Shown here: positions 1 through 13,864 of the stretch, piece by piece | Layout: the number at the start of each line of letters is the position of its first letter | How positions within the stretch are numbered: position 1 is the stretch's first letter | Assembly: GCA_951406725.2 (NCBI GenBank) | Contig: OX597828.1 | Coordinates: 57,970,001-58,034,000 of the forward strand | DNA length: 64,000 bases | Direction: 5' to 3' | Origin: Octopus vulgaris | Lineage: Eukaryota | Notes under the pieces: model-generated | What the model saw: only the letters and a program-made list of their open reading frames with translations | The model's database searches: none | What the model was told of the DNA's origin: nothing | Program-made: the position numbers and the translations under genes

Positions 1-200
<200 letters not shown>

Positions 201-683
201 GAGAGAAGGAGAGAGAGAGAAAGGAAGAAAGAAAGAGGTAAAGAGAAAGAGAGAGGAGAGGGAAAGAGAAAGAAGGATAAAAAGCTTAAGATGGAAGTAA
301 TAATAATCTAAAAGGAAATAAAAAATCTAACTTGCCATTGTGATGACTTTACAATGTACTGTAACGGTTACATTAAACCGAATAATAAGTCTTATAAAGG
401 TAGTATTTTGCGATATAATCCGGTATTCAGATTACAAGTATCAGCTAAAATTGCTAGGGTATTGTTCTCAACATTAGACATTTTCCTAAATCTATTAGAT
501 ACAATAAATTTTTTAGTAGAGATATAGTATTTTCTACAGTTCTATATTTAAAAGATGAGGAATTGTGTACATTATTTACAATTGACGGATATTTGTCCTC
601 CTCTTGTTTGTTGCTAACACAACGCTTCAGCTGATATACATTCCAGCCTTCATCAGGTGTCTTGAGGTTCGAAATTTTCCCAA

Positions 684-729
684 GACACCTGATGAAGGCT
701 GGAGAGTATATCAGCCGAAACGTTGTGTT
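684..729 (+). ncRNA. Minimal type I hammerhead ribozyme, family 1 (PLE-type)
   Basis: GACAC-CUGAUGA-A-GGCUG..CAGCC-GAAA-CG-UU-GUGUU. An inverted, mutated copy lies at 616-661. Confidence 0.75.
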
Positions 730-1430
730 AACCACAAACAAGATGAGGATAAATATCCATCAATTGTAAATGATGTAAATAAAGTAGTCTTTTCTAGTTT
801 AGGCACAAGGCCTGAAATTTTGGGGGAAGGGGCCAGTCGATTAGATCTACCCCAGTACGCAACTGGTACTTAATTTATCGACCCCGAAATGATGAAAGGC
901 AAGGTCGAACTCGGTGTAATTTGAACTCAGAACGTAAATACAGACGAAGTACCGCTAAGCATTTTGCTCGGTGTGCTAACGTTTCTAATTTCTTTACTGC
1001 CTACAAGGGGCTAAACCTAGAGGGGACAAACAAAGACAGACAAAGTGATTAAGTGGATTACATCGACCCCCAGTGCGTAACTGGTACTTGATTTATCAAC
1101 CCGGAAAGGATGAAAGGCAAGGTCGACTCAGAACGTAAATACAGACGAAATACCTATTTCTTTACTATCCACAAGGGGCTAAACATATAAAGGACAAACA
1201 AAGACAGACAAACGGATTAAGTCGATTATATCGACTCCAGTGCGTAACTGGTACTTATTTAAGTGTTCATGTAGCAACATGGAGAGAAGACAAAGAGACA
1301 AGATGAAACTAGTAAAATATTACTGGATAATTCCAGATCCCGGATTTCTGACTTTGCATTTAGGAATGCTTTGCCTCATCAGTGGAATACACACAGAAAA
1401 TATATGTATTTATGTTTCTTTCTGTGTGTA

Positions 1431-1487
1431 TTCCACTGATGAGGCAAAGCATTCCTAAATGCAAAGCCAGAAATCCGGGATCTGGAA
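1431..1487 (+). ncRNA. Type I hammerhead in a 300-bp palindrome (mirror copy 1331-1387, minus strand)
   Basis: UUCCA-CUGAUGA-GGC..GCAUU/AAUGC..GCC-A-GAAA-UCCGGGA-UC-UGGAA. Confidence 0.78.
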
Positions 1488-1734
1488 TTATCCAGTAATA
1501 TTTTACTAGTTTCATCTTGTCTCTTTGTCTTCTCTCCATGTTGCTATATGAACACTTAAGGTGGTTTTAGAGTCAAATTATGGCTGCTATTTTCAGTATG
1601 GTGGTATCTCGTAGATACCCTAATTTATAATTTTAATAATTATTACCTCTGGAACGTATTTTTTCCATGCTGACCACTTGATAGGATCGCTATTTTATTT
1701 TAAATTAATGATCTTATCCTTATTTATATAAATT

Positions 1735-1819
<85 letters not shown>

Positions 1820-2411
1820 TTATTTATCAAATTTCTGTATACACTGATTTCGAACCTTTCCTTTTTCTGTGATTGAGCTGGTAAAAATAGCAGTCAAATA
1901 CAATTATTTAATCAACCTACGTCCTGAAAATTTTTTAGCTTATACTAATGTTAGAATTCATTATACTCAAAAGTAAATTTCTACTTGATTTGATTACGTA
2001 CTGTCAGAAGCTTTTATTAATATAGAATTCAATAAAAAATTTTATTAGAAAAGATGGGATATTTTGTTACAATTTTCGCATTTGAAGACGTTCTGTCTAC
2101 GAGATAGTACTTCATTAGTTTTTATGTTTTCGATGTTAGGAGTGATGCATGACCAGAATGAGAGTAAGTGTTGCGAAGACTCTCAAGAAAGTCTTCTCGG
2201 TACACTCTGCATGTTAGTAGAACATCATTGAGATAAGTGATGGGAGGCAGGAGGCCTAATTGAATGTCAGCATTGCAGATATTTGTACTGTAGTGCGCCA
2301 TCTCCAACATTTGATTCTCAGAAGAGATGAACTATGTTAAAGCGCCAACTTTCACTGTCCAGGAATCGAAACTAGAATCTTACACCCTAAACATTAAGCT
2401 ATGAACCACGG

Positions 2412-2459
<48 letters not shown>

Positions 2460-2789
2460 TCAAATATATAGTTTTAGTACCTATCTTTACTCATGATCAC
2501 GAATGTTAGGTAATGATCGAAAGTGTACGAACATGAATACAATCGCCCAAAATGGGATTCCTCCGAAGGATCTTCTCATTTCATACCGTTTACATGGCGT
2601 ATATATTCCCCAACTAGACGGGACGCCGGTCAGTCTCAGCATCACTCATATTTGCCAGCTGAGTGGACTGGGGCAACGTGAAATGAAGTGTTTTGCTCAA
2701 GAACACAAGCGTCACCCGGTCCAGAAATCGAAACCACAATCTGACGATCATGAGTCCAACATCCTAACCACTAAGCTACATACCTCCAC

Positions 2790-3010
2790 CAAAGGATCTC
2801 TGGTGTAACGATACTCGAGAAGCTGCATAGTTTGGAGATTAGAAAGTCTCTGCAGGTTGAGCCGCTACTTCGTATTGGGTGGTCACAACTCCGGTACGAT
2901 GGACCCATGATCAGAATGTCGCGGGAAAGAATCAACCAGCAGAAGAGCATGGATAGACCAAGAAAGAGATGGTTGCACAATATTTATAGGAGGAGGAGGG
3001 AGTGCTTGAC
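2790..3010 (+). mobile_element. RTE-type LINE C-terminal remnant
   Basis: EIRKSLQVEPLL...QLRYDGPMIRMSRERI...RPRKRW resembles the RTE pattern LRWFGHV.RM...GRPRKRW. Confidence 0.6.
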
Positions 3011-5447
3011 TGGTACTTAATTTATCGAACCCAAAACTTAGGTCATTACACATTTCATCAATGTCGATTCGCCAAACGTTAATGTCTATGGTGATATATA
3101 TTTCTTTACTACCCACAAGGGGCTAAACACAGAGGGGATAAACAAGGACAGACAAACGGATTAAGTCGATTACATCGGCCCCAGTGTGTAACTGGTACTT
3201 AATTTATCGACCCCGAAAGAATGAAAGGCAAAGTCGACCTCAGTGAAATTTGAACTCAGAACGTAACGACAGACAAAATTCTGTTAAGCATTTTGTTCGG
3301 CATGCTTAAGATTCTGTCGCCGCCTTAAAGGAGGAAGCGTACGAACTGGCCTGCAGAATGCAGTTATAGTCCAGTATGTTGTCAGTTCCAGTCACGTCAA
3401 GTCCGACTTTGCTTTCCATCTACCCAGAGTTGGTTTAAAGAATCTCATTGGTATACCTTGTGTAACATTCCCCCAAAACTTCGGTGGTATGGGCCACTGT
3501 TAGGAAGTTCTGGCTCTATATATTTGAATTCAAATCTCTTTCTCGCTTTCTTTCTTTCTCTCTTTCTCTTCAACTTCTCTCTTTCTTTCTCCCTCTCCTT
3601 TTCTCTTTTTCTCTCTCTTCCGTTTTACTAACCTATACCGATTCTAACTGAGCATTAATTTCTAGTTGTAGCAAGTTGTTGCACTCGTTCATTCTCACAA
3701 AAAAAAAATTCTATGGACAGTATCTCTATTTCTAGGAAGAAAAATTGTCGTTGTGGAATATTAGAACCCCGGCCGCTCATTCTTAAGCATTTATCGTTGT
3801 TTACCTTCCAGGAGTTTGTCACTCACATACGTCAATGAGCTAAAGTCATCGTAACTCTGACTACCCTATGCTTTTCTATATCAGGAAAAACATATCCAGT
3901 TTATTTTTCTTTCTTCGAGACAACAGGGAGTTATTTGAAAAGAATTTGCAACAGAATCGTAAACATATTTTAGAAGTTGTCATACCTCTAGAGTGCAAAA
4001 TAGAATTATATTGAATTCAACTGCTGGCATCACTTAACCATTCAAACTTTTCTTTGCATCTCAGACAGAGAGTCTGCACATACAATTGCGTTTGTAACCC
4101 CTGACAGACATCTGCTTTTGAAAACAAACAATTTTTACGACAAACATTATAAATTTTTTATAGATAGCGAAGAAAGAGCGTAAAGCAAAATTCCTTTTGT
4201 ATTTACAGAAAACAGGCTGTGACAAGAGTAAACATCGGAAACTTCTAAATTAGGTTTCTGATCAGTTTATGTATAAATCAACTTGAAAAAAAGAAAATGA
4301 AACAACCTATCATTAAAATCTAAATTAAAAATTCAACGTACTTTGTAAAGGTTAATAATTACAATGTTAGATTGAAAATGAAATTTTAATTTAAAAGATC
4401 TACTCTTTTGCTGTTTTTCTCTTTTACTTGTTTCAGTCATTTGACTGCGGACATGCTGGAGCACCACATTTAGTCGTCGAGCAAATTGGCCCCAAGACTT
4501 ATTCTTTGTAAACCTAGTAGTTATTCTATCGGTCTCTTTTGCCGAACCGCTAAGTTACGGGGACGTAAACACACCAGCATCGGTTGTCAAGTGATGTTGG
4601 GGGGGGGGACAAACGCAGACACACAAACATATACACACAGACATACATACATACATACATATATATATATATAAATTTACTTGGAGAAAGGAAAGAAACG
4701 AAACGAAACGACGCGAGGGCGCTCAGTCATACAATAATTTAATAAATAAAATAGATGCATACATACATACATATATGTACGTACCTACATCTACATGTAT
4801 AATATATACATGCATATATAAATATATATATATATGTGAGTACAGGACACCACAAATAGACGTAGAACTCAACGAGAAACGAAAACATAAAAACAAGGGA
4901 ACGGCCTTTTTTTAACAACGAAAAAACAGAACACAAGACAAACAACACAAGGAACATTCCTCTTCATCAGCTGTCCCCGGTTCGACTCCATGCGTGTTTC
5001 GAAGGTAAGGACAGAGCACGCCCCCGGACCGGTCCTTCCTGCAAGGAAATTAAATAAAATTCCTTTACAGAGGGGTAAAAACAAGGAATGAAAAAAAATG
5101 TGACAAGAACAGGACGTAAAAGCAATACAAATAAAAATACGAATACAAAATAAAAATACAAATATAAAAAATATATATATATACATATGCATATATACGA
5201 CGGGCTTCTTTCAGTTTCCGCCTACCAAATCCACTGACAAGGCTTTGGTCGGCCCGATGCTATAGTAGAAGACACTTGCCCAAGGTGCCACGCAGTGGGA
5301 CTGAACCCGGAACCATGTGGTTGGGAAGCAAGCTACTTACCACACAGCCACTCTTATAATTTGTAGCAAGTTGACGATTACCGGGTAAGAAATGTACAAA
5401 GAGATAATCCCGAGAGGAGACAGTTTGTGAGAACGAATTAAACTTCC

Positions 5448-5635
5448 GGCGGTGTATATTTCATTTGTCACTGTTATTTATGACAACCCTAACCCTAAAA
5501 CCCTAACCCTGAAACTCTAACCCTAACCCTAACTCTAAAACCCTAACCCTAAAACCCTAATCCTAAAGCTAAAACCAGTACAAACGGACAAACGTTGTCA
5601 TAAATAACAGTGACAAACGAAAAATGCACCACCGA
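5448..5635. repeat. Degenerate (CCCTAA)n tract enclosed by ~40-bp inverted repeats
   Basis: tttgtcactgttattttatgacaac [aaccct]n ... gttgtcataaataacagtgacaaa. Confidence 0.8.
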
Positions 5636-6137
5636 TAGTTGTTGACAAACAACAGCAGTAATTTTATTCAGCTGAATACACGGCATTGATTGGTTGAAAT
5701 TACCGAAATACTATAACTTTAACGTGAAATAACTTCGTAAATATGTTTTTCTCAAGAATGCTCAGAGCAAAAGATGTTTTATACGACACATTCTACCAGT
5801 GACCGCAACTTGAAAGTGTATAGTCATAAAAAATTGTTTTTTAAATCTGCAGGTCAAAAGGTAAAGATCCGACCTCTATTTTTTACACAAATTCTTATGT
5901 TCCCCGGTACAAAATTTATGAGTGTATTTTAGTGTGTGTTATGGGCATGCATGCGTGTGTTTATGTTATTAAATAAACGCAGCATGAACTTTCTTATAAT
6001 GATATCAATTTATAAAATGAAATTATTTTTATCCGTGCCTTATCGATCTTTCAGCCATTGGACGGTTTTCAATTTCAATACAGTTAACTGAATTTAATGT
6101 GGGATTTTCTTATTATATAACTTATTTTATATATAAC

Positions 6138-6177
<40 letters not shown>

Positions 6178-7462
6178 TATTTTTTCCTACATAAACACAC
6201 GCATGCATGGTTTTCATTTTTTGTCTTTTTGTTTGTTTGCTTGCTTTTTGTTTTTGTTGTTTTCTTTTTGATAGGCGATATAATTCACTGCAGATCAAGT
6301 TTTCATGTAGAATATCGGGAGAAAATCAAACTAACTAGAGCTTATGATATCTCACAAGATGTGCTATTGTTGTTGTTGCTGTGGTGGGGAGGGGGTTATT
6401 GTCGTGGTTGTTTTTGTAGTTGTCATGGTTTTTTGTTGTTGTTCTCGTATTTGTTGTTGTTGTTCGTATCATTTCCAATCAGTTCTGACTGAACATCCAT
6501 GTTTTTGCTTTTGTTTTTTATACTTTTTTCTTTTCTTTTTTGTTTTTTTGCTTTGTCTTGTTTTTCTTTTAATACATCATAGGCTACATTGTCTGGTAGA
6601 TCCCAATTTATTTAATACAGTATGGTGTAGCAGCATAGTTTTGGTTGTTATTTCTAGAAGGCCGACCAGCTACTAGAAGCTTCCAAATGACACAGCTGTA
6701 CAAGCTAATGAAATGCTTGTGAAACGCATTAAAAATACACATAGGAATTTTACACCAGGGCACATAAGGAGTTTGAGTGAAAAATAAAGATAATTTAACA
6801 TTAGGCTAAACTCCCTAGAATAATAAGCTGTACAAGCTTGTGAAATCCTTTATAATACATATTTTTCTTATAATAGTGAACCTCACTATTATCGAGTCAG
6901 CCTGCAGCCTCATTTTAAAGCTGGATGCAATGGAGTTTTGATAATTAAGTTATGTCGTAAGATCCGACAGTAGACTATCAATAGTTAATCATTAGCTGAT
7001 AATCTGGCTTTCAAAGGCAGGATACGTTACATAATACTGTCAACTACACAAATGTCCAAGCAAAGGGTTGGACAGTCACAGCTAGACTGCATTTGATTGT
7101 ACATTGGTTGGATTATGGATTAATCAACACGATATACATTGCTATACACATAAAGCGTAGATTCTAAGCTTGAAAGCCAAGCAATTCCTAACTTTATTAT
7201 ATTCTAAACTTATTTTTTTTCTCAATGAAGTATTAAATTTAAGCTGTTTGTTATACGATATAAAAAAATGTCAATTTCATAATCTAAAACATCCTTTAAA
7301 AACTTATAAAACGGTCGAGTTATCTTACACGTTCTGCCATATTATAGGATCAGATAATCGCTCTTCTGCGAGTATATCCTATTACAGTCGCCATGATAGA
7401 TCGTTAGCCACTACACACATTTTTTATCTCCTTGTTTCTCTCCTTGTTTTTTTTTCTGTGTC

Positions 7463-7500
7463 CCTCTCTGTAGAAGAGCGTAGGCTCGAAACGTAAAAGA
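7463..7500 (+). ncRNA. Variant minimal hammerhead-like motif (CUGUAGA core)
   Basis: CUGUAGA-A-GAGC-GUAG-GCUC-GAAACGUA. A same-family element at 23701-23736 (minus) has CUUU-CUGUGGA...GAAACGUU-AAAG. Confidence 0.5.
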
Positions 7501-7587
7501 CTTTTTCTATTCCTGAGCGTTATACTAAAACATCTGTTTGTTTTGTACACCACCAGTCTTCGTCTTTCGTTTTTTTTCGTAAACTCT

Positions 7588-7621
<34 letters not shown>

Positions 7622-8320
7622 CTGTCAATTTTGTAAAAATTCATGTAAATAATCTAAACTTAGAAAAGAAATTTGGATAATAATCGTACTGAAGTAATTT
7701 TCACAAGTTATTTTGATAGGAATTTTGGATGATGAATACCACTTAATCCGTTTTTACATTGATGGTTTGAGATCTTGTGTGAATTTTCAATTTCCTGTAA
7801 GATGTTATTATTCACCAAACGTAATATATTATTGTTTTTTTATGCGAACATTCATATTTTGAACTATAGAGATTGAATACGGATTTTGAAAATGCCAATA
7901 TAAACATATCTTCAGGCTTACCCGCATCTAACAGGTTACAACACGAGGTATTCATTAATTCCTGCACAGCAGTAAACAGACGAACTCTGGGATATACTCA
8001 CACACATATACAAATACACATACACAAGCACACATATACTCCAGTACGCACACAAACACGAACACACACGCGCGCACGTACACAAACACAGACACACAAA
8101 CACATGCATACACACGGAAAATCATATACGCCCACGCTCGTACAAATAAACATGTACAAGAATGGGGGAAACCACGATATATTCTGTTTTAAAATGTATG
8201 CATAAAGGTCGTTTCTTAGAGTTTTATATAGAATCACATCTTACTTCCTCTCTTACTCTTTCTCATCCTCTGCCTATAAATCTTCCAAACACACAGAAAC
8301 ACACGAACGCGCGCTTTTAA

Positions 8321-8396
<76 letters not shown>

Positions 8397-8630
8397 GTTT
8401 CTTTATTGGCCACACAGGGCTGCACACAGATGGGACAAGTTACAAGGTAGAGCTTTTCTTTTGGTGGATGAAAAAAACAAAAAACAAAAGAAACAAAAAA
8501 GGGGGTGGCGTAGGTTTTCGATCAAGAGGGATCGTAAAAGGGAAGAAAAGAACAAAAATAAATAAATAAAATAAAATAAAAATAAAAATAAAAAAAGAAA
8601 AGGAAAAGGAACAAAAGAAAAGAGAAATGA

Positions 8631-8695
<65 letters not shown>

Positions 8696-9926
8696 CAGAC
8701 AGATTGTTTAAAGGTTTTAGACAATTGGTTTAAAACCCACAAATTAGGCTAATACACATTTCATCAATGTCGATTCGCAAAACGTTAATGTCTGTGGTGA
8801 TATAACCATAATGCAGATGTATATGTGTATGTACAAATAGAGAGATAGAAAGGGAGAGAAAGAGAGAGAGAGAATTCCTCTGGTGTCGCTGAGAATTCGA
8901 TCTGGTGTCGCTGAGCAACTAATATTTTTGGGCAACACAAAATGACCTGTCATGACTTTAAGTCGCATGGAGGCTGATCAAACTGTTTCAGAAAATGCAT
9001 GTAACTCCTTCTAAATGTGTTGAGTGCTCTTTTCTTTTCTTTGCCCACTGATTCGTATGTGTGTGTGTGTTTGATATAGATACACACACACACATATATA
9101 TATATATGTGTGTGTGCGTGTGTGTGTGTGTAGAAGGTTGAAAAGGAACATTCGAGTTGATATGTATAAGGAAAATAAGACAAATTTTATCATGAAGAAC
9201 ATTTTAATGCCGGTTTCAGTCTTTGCAACATTTTCAACTTAAGAGTAAGGCATGAAAACTAATTAAATTGTGTAAAAATTTAATGAAACGTTTTTTAAAA
9301 AATATTTCCATAGTTTTTCAAATGCAAAAACATTTTCCTTTTTTCTTTCTCTCTCTCTCTCTCTCTTTCACTCTTGTGAGGACTTGGTAGCAGATAATAG
9401 CAGTCCTAATATTTGATATGAGTTCTTGGTTTTGATTGTTTAAGCAGCAGTAGTAGCTGACGAAGGAGGCGGCGAAGCAGAAGAAGAGGAGGAGGAAGAA
9501 GGAGGAGAAGAAGAAAAATGGTCAAGTGACCTAAAGGTGGGCCATTGTGGTTGTAATAGTAGTGACTAGAATTGTTCTGAATAAATTCATGAGTAGTGAC
9601 TGTTCTGAACATATCGTTTTTAATATGTGCGTGAGCATTATTCTGAGGCCCTTTCAACGTTTTACGATGAAAAACAACTTCACATGTGCTTCAAAGAACC
9701 CAATATATGTATTAACATGACTGCAATAAATAGGCCAAACCAAAAAAACACTCTACATCAAAGGATGGCGTTACATAAATACCAGATCAAAATTCGGGAA
9801 TACAGAAAAACAGCATTCAGCCAACACATCGACATTCGTGCCACTAACAAACAACCCAGTTTCAGAAATGTTCCCGTCTATAAATTCAGGGGCGATGCAA
9901 CCTGTAGTCAGCGCATATATATATAT

Positions 9927-9972
<46 letters not shown>

Positions 9973-10214
9973 AACCTGTAGTCAACCTTATATATATATA
10001 TATATATATACATATAATGAATAAGACAGAGTCAACAAAAAGGAGTACGATTAGATAGTTATTTCATAGATATGTGTGTATAAGGTAACCACAAAGTTAA
10101 TATTCGTTGGGCTAATATTACATCCGAATATAGAGGATAATTCTAAGGTGTATCTTAAAACAGGCAAATAATAACAGAGTGATGATATAAATATCCAATC
10201 TAAGTTCACTTATC

Positions 10215-10505
10215 TATTAGGTTGGCAACTAACTTCGCGCCGTTTTTTTTTTAACTTTAATTTTTTAAAAGGTTTAATAAAACATAACAGCTAATTAATC
10301 AATAACGCATTCACCCTTGTTGTTTACAACTTCTTCCCAGCGTTCAACAAGACTTTCAACACCTCGTTGGTAGAAATCACCCGATTTCGACTCAAAAAAT
10401 TGATCCAGTCAAGCTCACAATTCTGCATCAGTATTGAACGAAACTCCGCGCATAGCATTTGAAAGAGTTGGAAATCCGTTGGCGCCAAATCAGGAGAATA
10501 TGGCA
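10215..10505 (-). mobile_element. Mariner transposon 3' remnant
   Basis: PYSPDLAPTDFQLF motif on the minus strand; TIR-like tattaggttggcaactaa at 10215. Confidence 0.8.
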
Positions 10506-10507
10506 CT

Positions 10508-10895
10508 GTGGTAACACTGCGCAAATATCTCCTCCGGGTAAAACCACTAATAGAAGAGAATATGACCAAAGACTGCGTGTACTCCATCCCATGCAGCTGT
10601 GGTAGGTTATACAAAGGCGAAACATATCACACACACACCCTCAAAATAAGGGTAGACGAGCATCGCAAAGCTGTGACACGGGGAAATATTGATAAATCGG
10701 GTATAACTGATCATGTATGGAAAAATGCGGGATGAAGTTAAAATAATAGAGAGAGAACACCACTGGAAAATGCAAAAGCTAAAAGAAACAGCGCCTATGC
10801 TAGGACACAATAACCTCCTAAGCAAACCGAGCGCAGATATGAGTAGCATATGGGAACCGGTATTAAGGAAGGATAGGAAAATATTAGATTTATAA
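10508..10895 (+). mobile_element. Penelope-like retroelement GIY-YIG endonuclease fragment (frameshifted)
   Basis: DCVYSIPCSCGRLYKGET...LKIRVDEHRK...SGITDHVW, then VKIIEREHHWKMQKLKET. Matches the PLE pattern VYxIxCxxCxxxYIGET..L..R..EH. A hammerhead follows at 11015. Confidence 0.85.
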
Positions 10896-11014
10896 CCCCT
10901 AAAATTCACACCATAAAGGCCCACGGGCATATGGTGTAGTGGCTATTAACCCTAAGATTCCGAGTTCAATACCAGTGACCTGAATAATAATAATTACCTT
11001 CGAAATTTCCCCAA

Positions 11015-11060
11015 GACACCTGATGAAGGCTAGAGGATATATCAACCGAAACGTTGTGTT
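11015..11060 (+). ncRNA. Hammerhead family 1 downstream of the Penelope endonuclease
   Basis: GACAC-CUGAUGA-AGGCUA..CAACC-GAAACGUU-GUGUU; stem II partly mutated. Confidence 0.65.
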
Positions 11061-11227
11061 AACAACAAACAAGATGAGGACAAAGATTCTGCCAGCTTAC
11101 CATCTTTAGAAAGGCAAAGTTGACCGCGGTGGAATTTGAACCCAGAACGTAATAAATCGGATAGATGCAGCTAAGTATACCGTCCGACTTGCTAGCGTCT
11201 CGGCCAGCTCACAGCATTGATGTGTGT

Positions 11228-11269
<42 letters not shown>

Positions 11270-12735
11270 AATGCCAAACAAAAAAACAATCGTGCTGTAG
11301 AATTTACTTATGATCATTGTATAAATAGAATAAAAAGATGCTGAATGGTATGTAAATATGATGCTAGTTACTCTCTAAGTGGCCATTTGATGATAAATCA
11401 TTCGGTTATACACAAAAAAAATATAAGTGAAAAACAAAACAGTATTAATTGAACATAATTTTGAAAAACCCAAATGAAACTGTGTTGAAATGGTGTATTA
11501 TTTAGAAGTGTCTGCATATTAAAAAGAATATTTTAAATGCTGCCCAATATCACCGGTTTGAACGGAAATGGCGTCAGTTGTTGAAGAAACGAAACGGAAA
11601 GTCTACACAGACGAAAATAGAAAATGGATTATTTTAATAAAGACGTGTATGTGTGTATACACCCACGCGTGTAGGTATGCGTGTGTGCTCGTGTATGTTT
11701 AATGCATGTATTATATTTGTTAGAATAATTCATTTTTCATATTTGAGTTTGCAGACTTTCAGTTTTGCTTCTCAAGTAATCGACGCCATTCGCAACCAGA
11801 CAGATAATATCGTGAATCGTTCGAAAACCATTCCTCGAATTCATTGGCTCTTCCCAATAATAAACCATTTCAATTCAGTTTAATTTGTATTTCTTAACAT
11901 GAACTTCAATTAATATTCTTTTGTTTTTCACATATGTTGTACTTTTTTAATCTACCGAATTCTATCAAATTAATTCTTATCTTCAAATGGCTACCTAAAC
12001 AGTAAATCGTGTGTGTTTGTATGTTTGTAAGTCGACAAAAGGCAGAAAAAGATACTCGACATATTTCTACTTTCTTCGCCCTTATTCACGCCTAGCCAGG
12101 CTCATGGGCCCGGTTTCCTGGTTTCTGTGGCGTATTTGTTCTCCCCAGCTGGATGGGACGCCAGTCCATCGCAGCGTTACTCAAGAAACAGGAAGAGAGA
12201 GTGAGAGAAAGTTGTGGCGAAAGAGAACAACAGGGGTCGCCAACACCCCCTGCCGAAGCCTCGTGGAGCTTTTAGGTGTTTTCTCTCAATAAACACACAC
12301 AACGCCCGGTCTAGGAATCGAAACCGCGATCTTCCGACCGCGAGTCCGCTGCCCTAATCACTGGACCATTGCGTCTTCACACTCGACATATTTACTAGGA
12401 GTTATTTATATTATTATTTAAAACAATTTGATTCGGCTTCATGCGACTTAAAGTTTCCTAGGCTTCTAACATAAGCCTGACTTGCTCAGGCTTAAAACAC
12501 CGAATAGAGAAACACGGGTATCAAGATGGCTACTGGAGAAATAGGCTGCTATTGGTCCAATATATTGTGTTTTCCGATTAAGCTGTTTCTCCTTTGTGTG
12601 CACATCACTGGTTGTACATGCTCAGCAAGACTATCCAAACATTATACATATATATACTTCAGTTCTATATTTAAGAGATGAGGAATTATGTATATTATTT
12701 ACATTTGACGGATACGTGTCATCTTGTTTGTTGTT

Positions 12736-12781
12736 AACACAACGTTTCGCTTGATATACCCTCCAGCCTTCATCAGGTGTC
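12736..12781 (-). ncRNA. Hammerhead family 1
   Basis: Reverse complement reads GACAC-CUGAUGA-AGGCUG...GAAACGUU-GUGUU. Confidence 0.65.
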
Positions 12782-12859
12782 TTGGGGAAATTTCGAACCT
12801 GGGTTCTCATTCCTAAGGTATTTTTCGATATTACTTATTATTATTATTATTATTATTAT

Positions 12860-13381
12860 TGAGTGAGAGAGCAGTTCATGCCATCAAAGTGACACTGGGG
12901 TAAAATATACGAAGCCCAATATACCCATCAAGGCTACCCGTCTGATAAGGGTACACCAGGCACATGCATCACAACCATATGTGCGCGACATGGTGATCTC
13001 ATATCAAGATAAACAGCACATGACATTGCAGGTTGGGCCCAGTTAGAATTTTCTTCAGGTTGAGTAGCCCATCCCGCTCAAGCGGTCCCTGAATAAGGGT
13101 TGTTTAAGGATGTTGAAAGAACCACCCATGTTTCCAGAGGTGAATTATTGAAACCCCAAAGAATCCCTCTCAACACATGGCTATGATGCTCCCCCACTAC
13201 TTCTGCTCGTGATCAGAGATGCACATATCGTCAGCCACTAAGGGACATGCTCAACAGGTTAAGGTCAAACAACTGACAAGCAAATCTGTGGTATTGAGCA
13301 GAATATTTGCTGTAACTCATCTTTTATACCAAGACAAAACAATGTTCATGATAACACCTCCAATCAGTTAAGATCAGAAGC

Positions 13382-13385
<4 letters not shown>
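12860..13385 (+). mobile_element. ~520-bp interspersed repeat inserted in (TTA)n; second copy inverted at 31446-31945
   Basis: The two copies are near-identical reverse complements, both embedded in TAA/TTA repeats. Confidence 0.8.
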
Positions 13386-13416
<31 letters not shown>

Positions 13417-13667
13417 TCACTGCCTGGAATCGAACTCGGAATCTTGAGGTTAGTAGCCTGTGCTCTTAACCACTACGCCATATGCCTGTGGGCATATAGC
13501 ATAATGGCTAACAGCGTGGGCTACTAACCCCAAGCCCTTCAGGCAATGTCGATTTAATAGAAGGGATGAGCTAATTGTGCGGCCCGAACATTTGATCACT
13601 ATAAGCACATAATTTGTGGAGGTCGTTCGGCAAAAGGTGAACTTCCTTGGGTCTTTCCTTTTTCTAT

Positions 13668-13702
13668 GTTTCTGAAGAAGAGCTCCGCTCGAAACGTTAA
13701 AT
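13668..13702 (+). ncRNA. Minimal hammerhead
   Basis: GUUU-CUGAAGA-A-GAGC-UCC-GCUC-GAAACGUU-AAAU. Confidence 0.65.
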
Positions 13703-13800
13703 CCTCCTTCTTTCTTTCCTTTCCTGAGCGTCCAATAACGCTATACTTGTTCCACGTCCTCACGTTGTTGTGTTTTCTTTTTTGTTTTCATGTTTGGATT

Positions 13801-13864
<64 letters not shown>

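Noticed and set aside
4950-5050. CUGAUGA on the minus strand in a repeat family (also 39265-39360)
   Set aside because: No correctly placed GAAA or stem III downstream; I could not build a convincing hammerhead by eye.
13410-13530. Functional tRNA gene
   Set aside because: A/B boxes are present but the acceptor and T stems do not close; treated as a SINE-type head.
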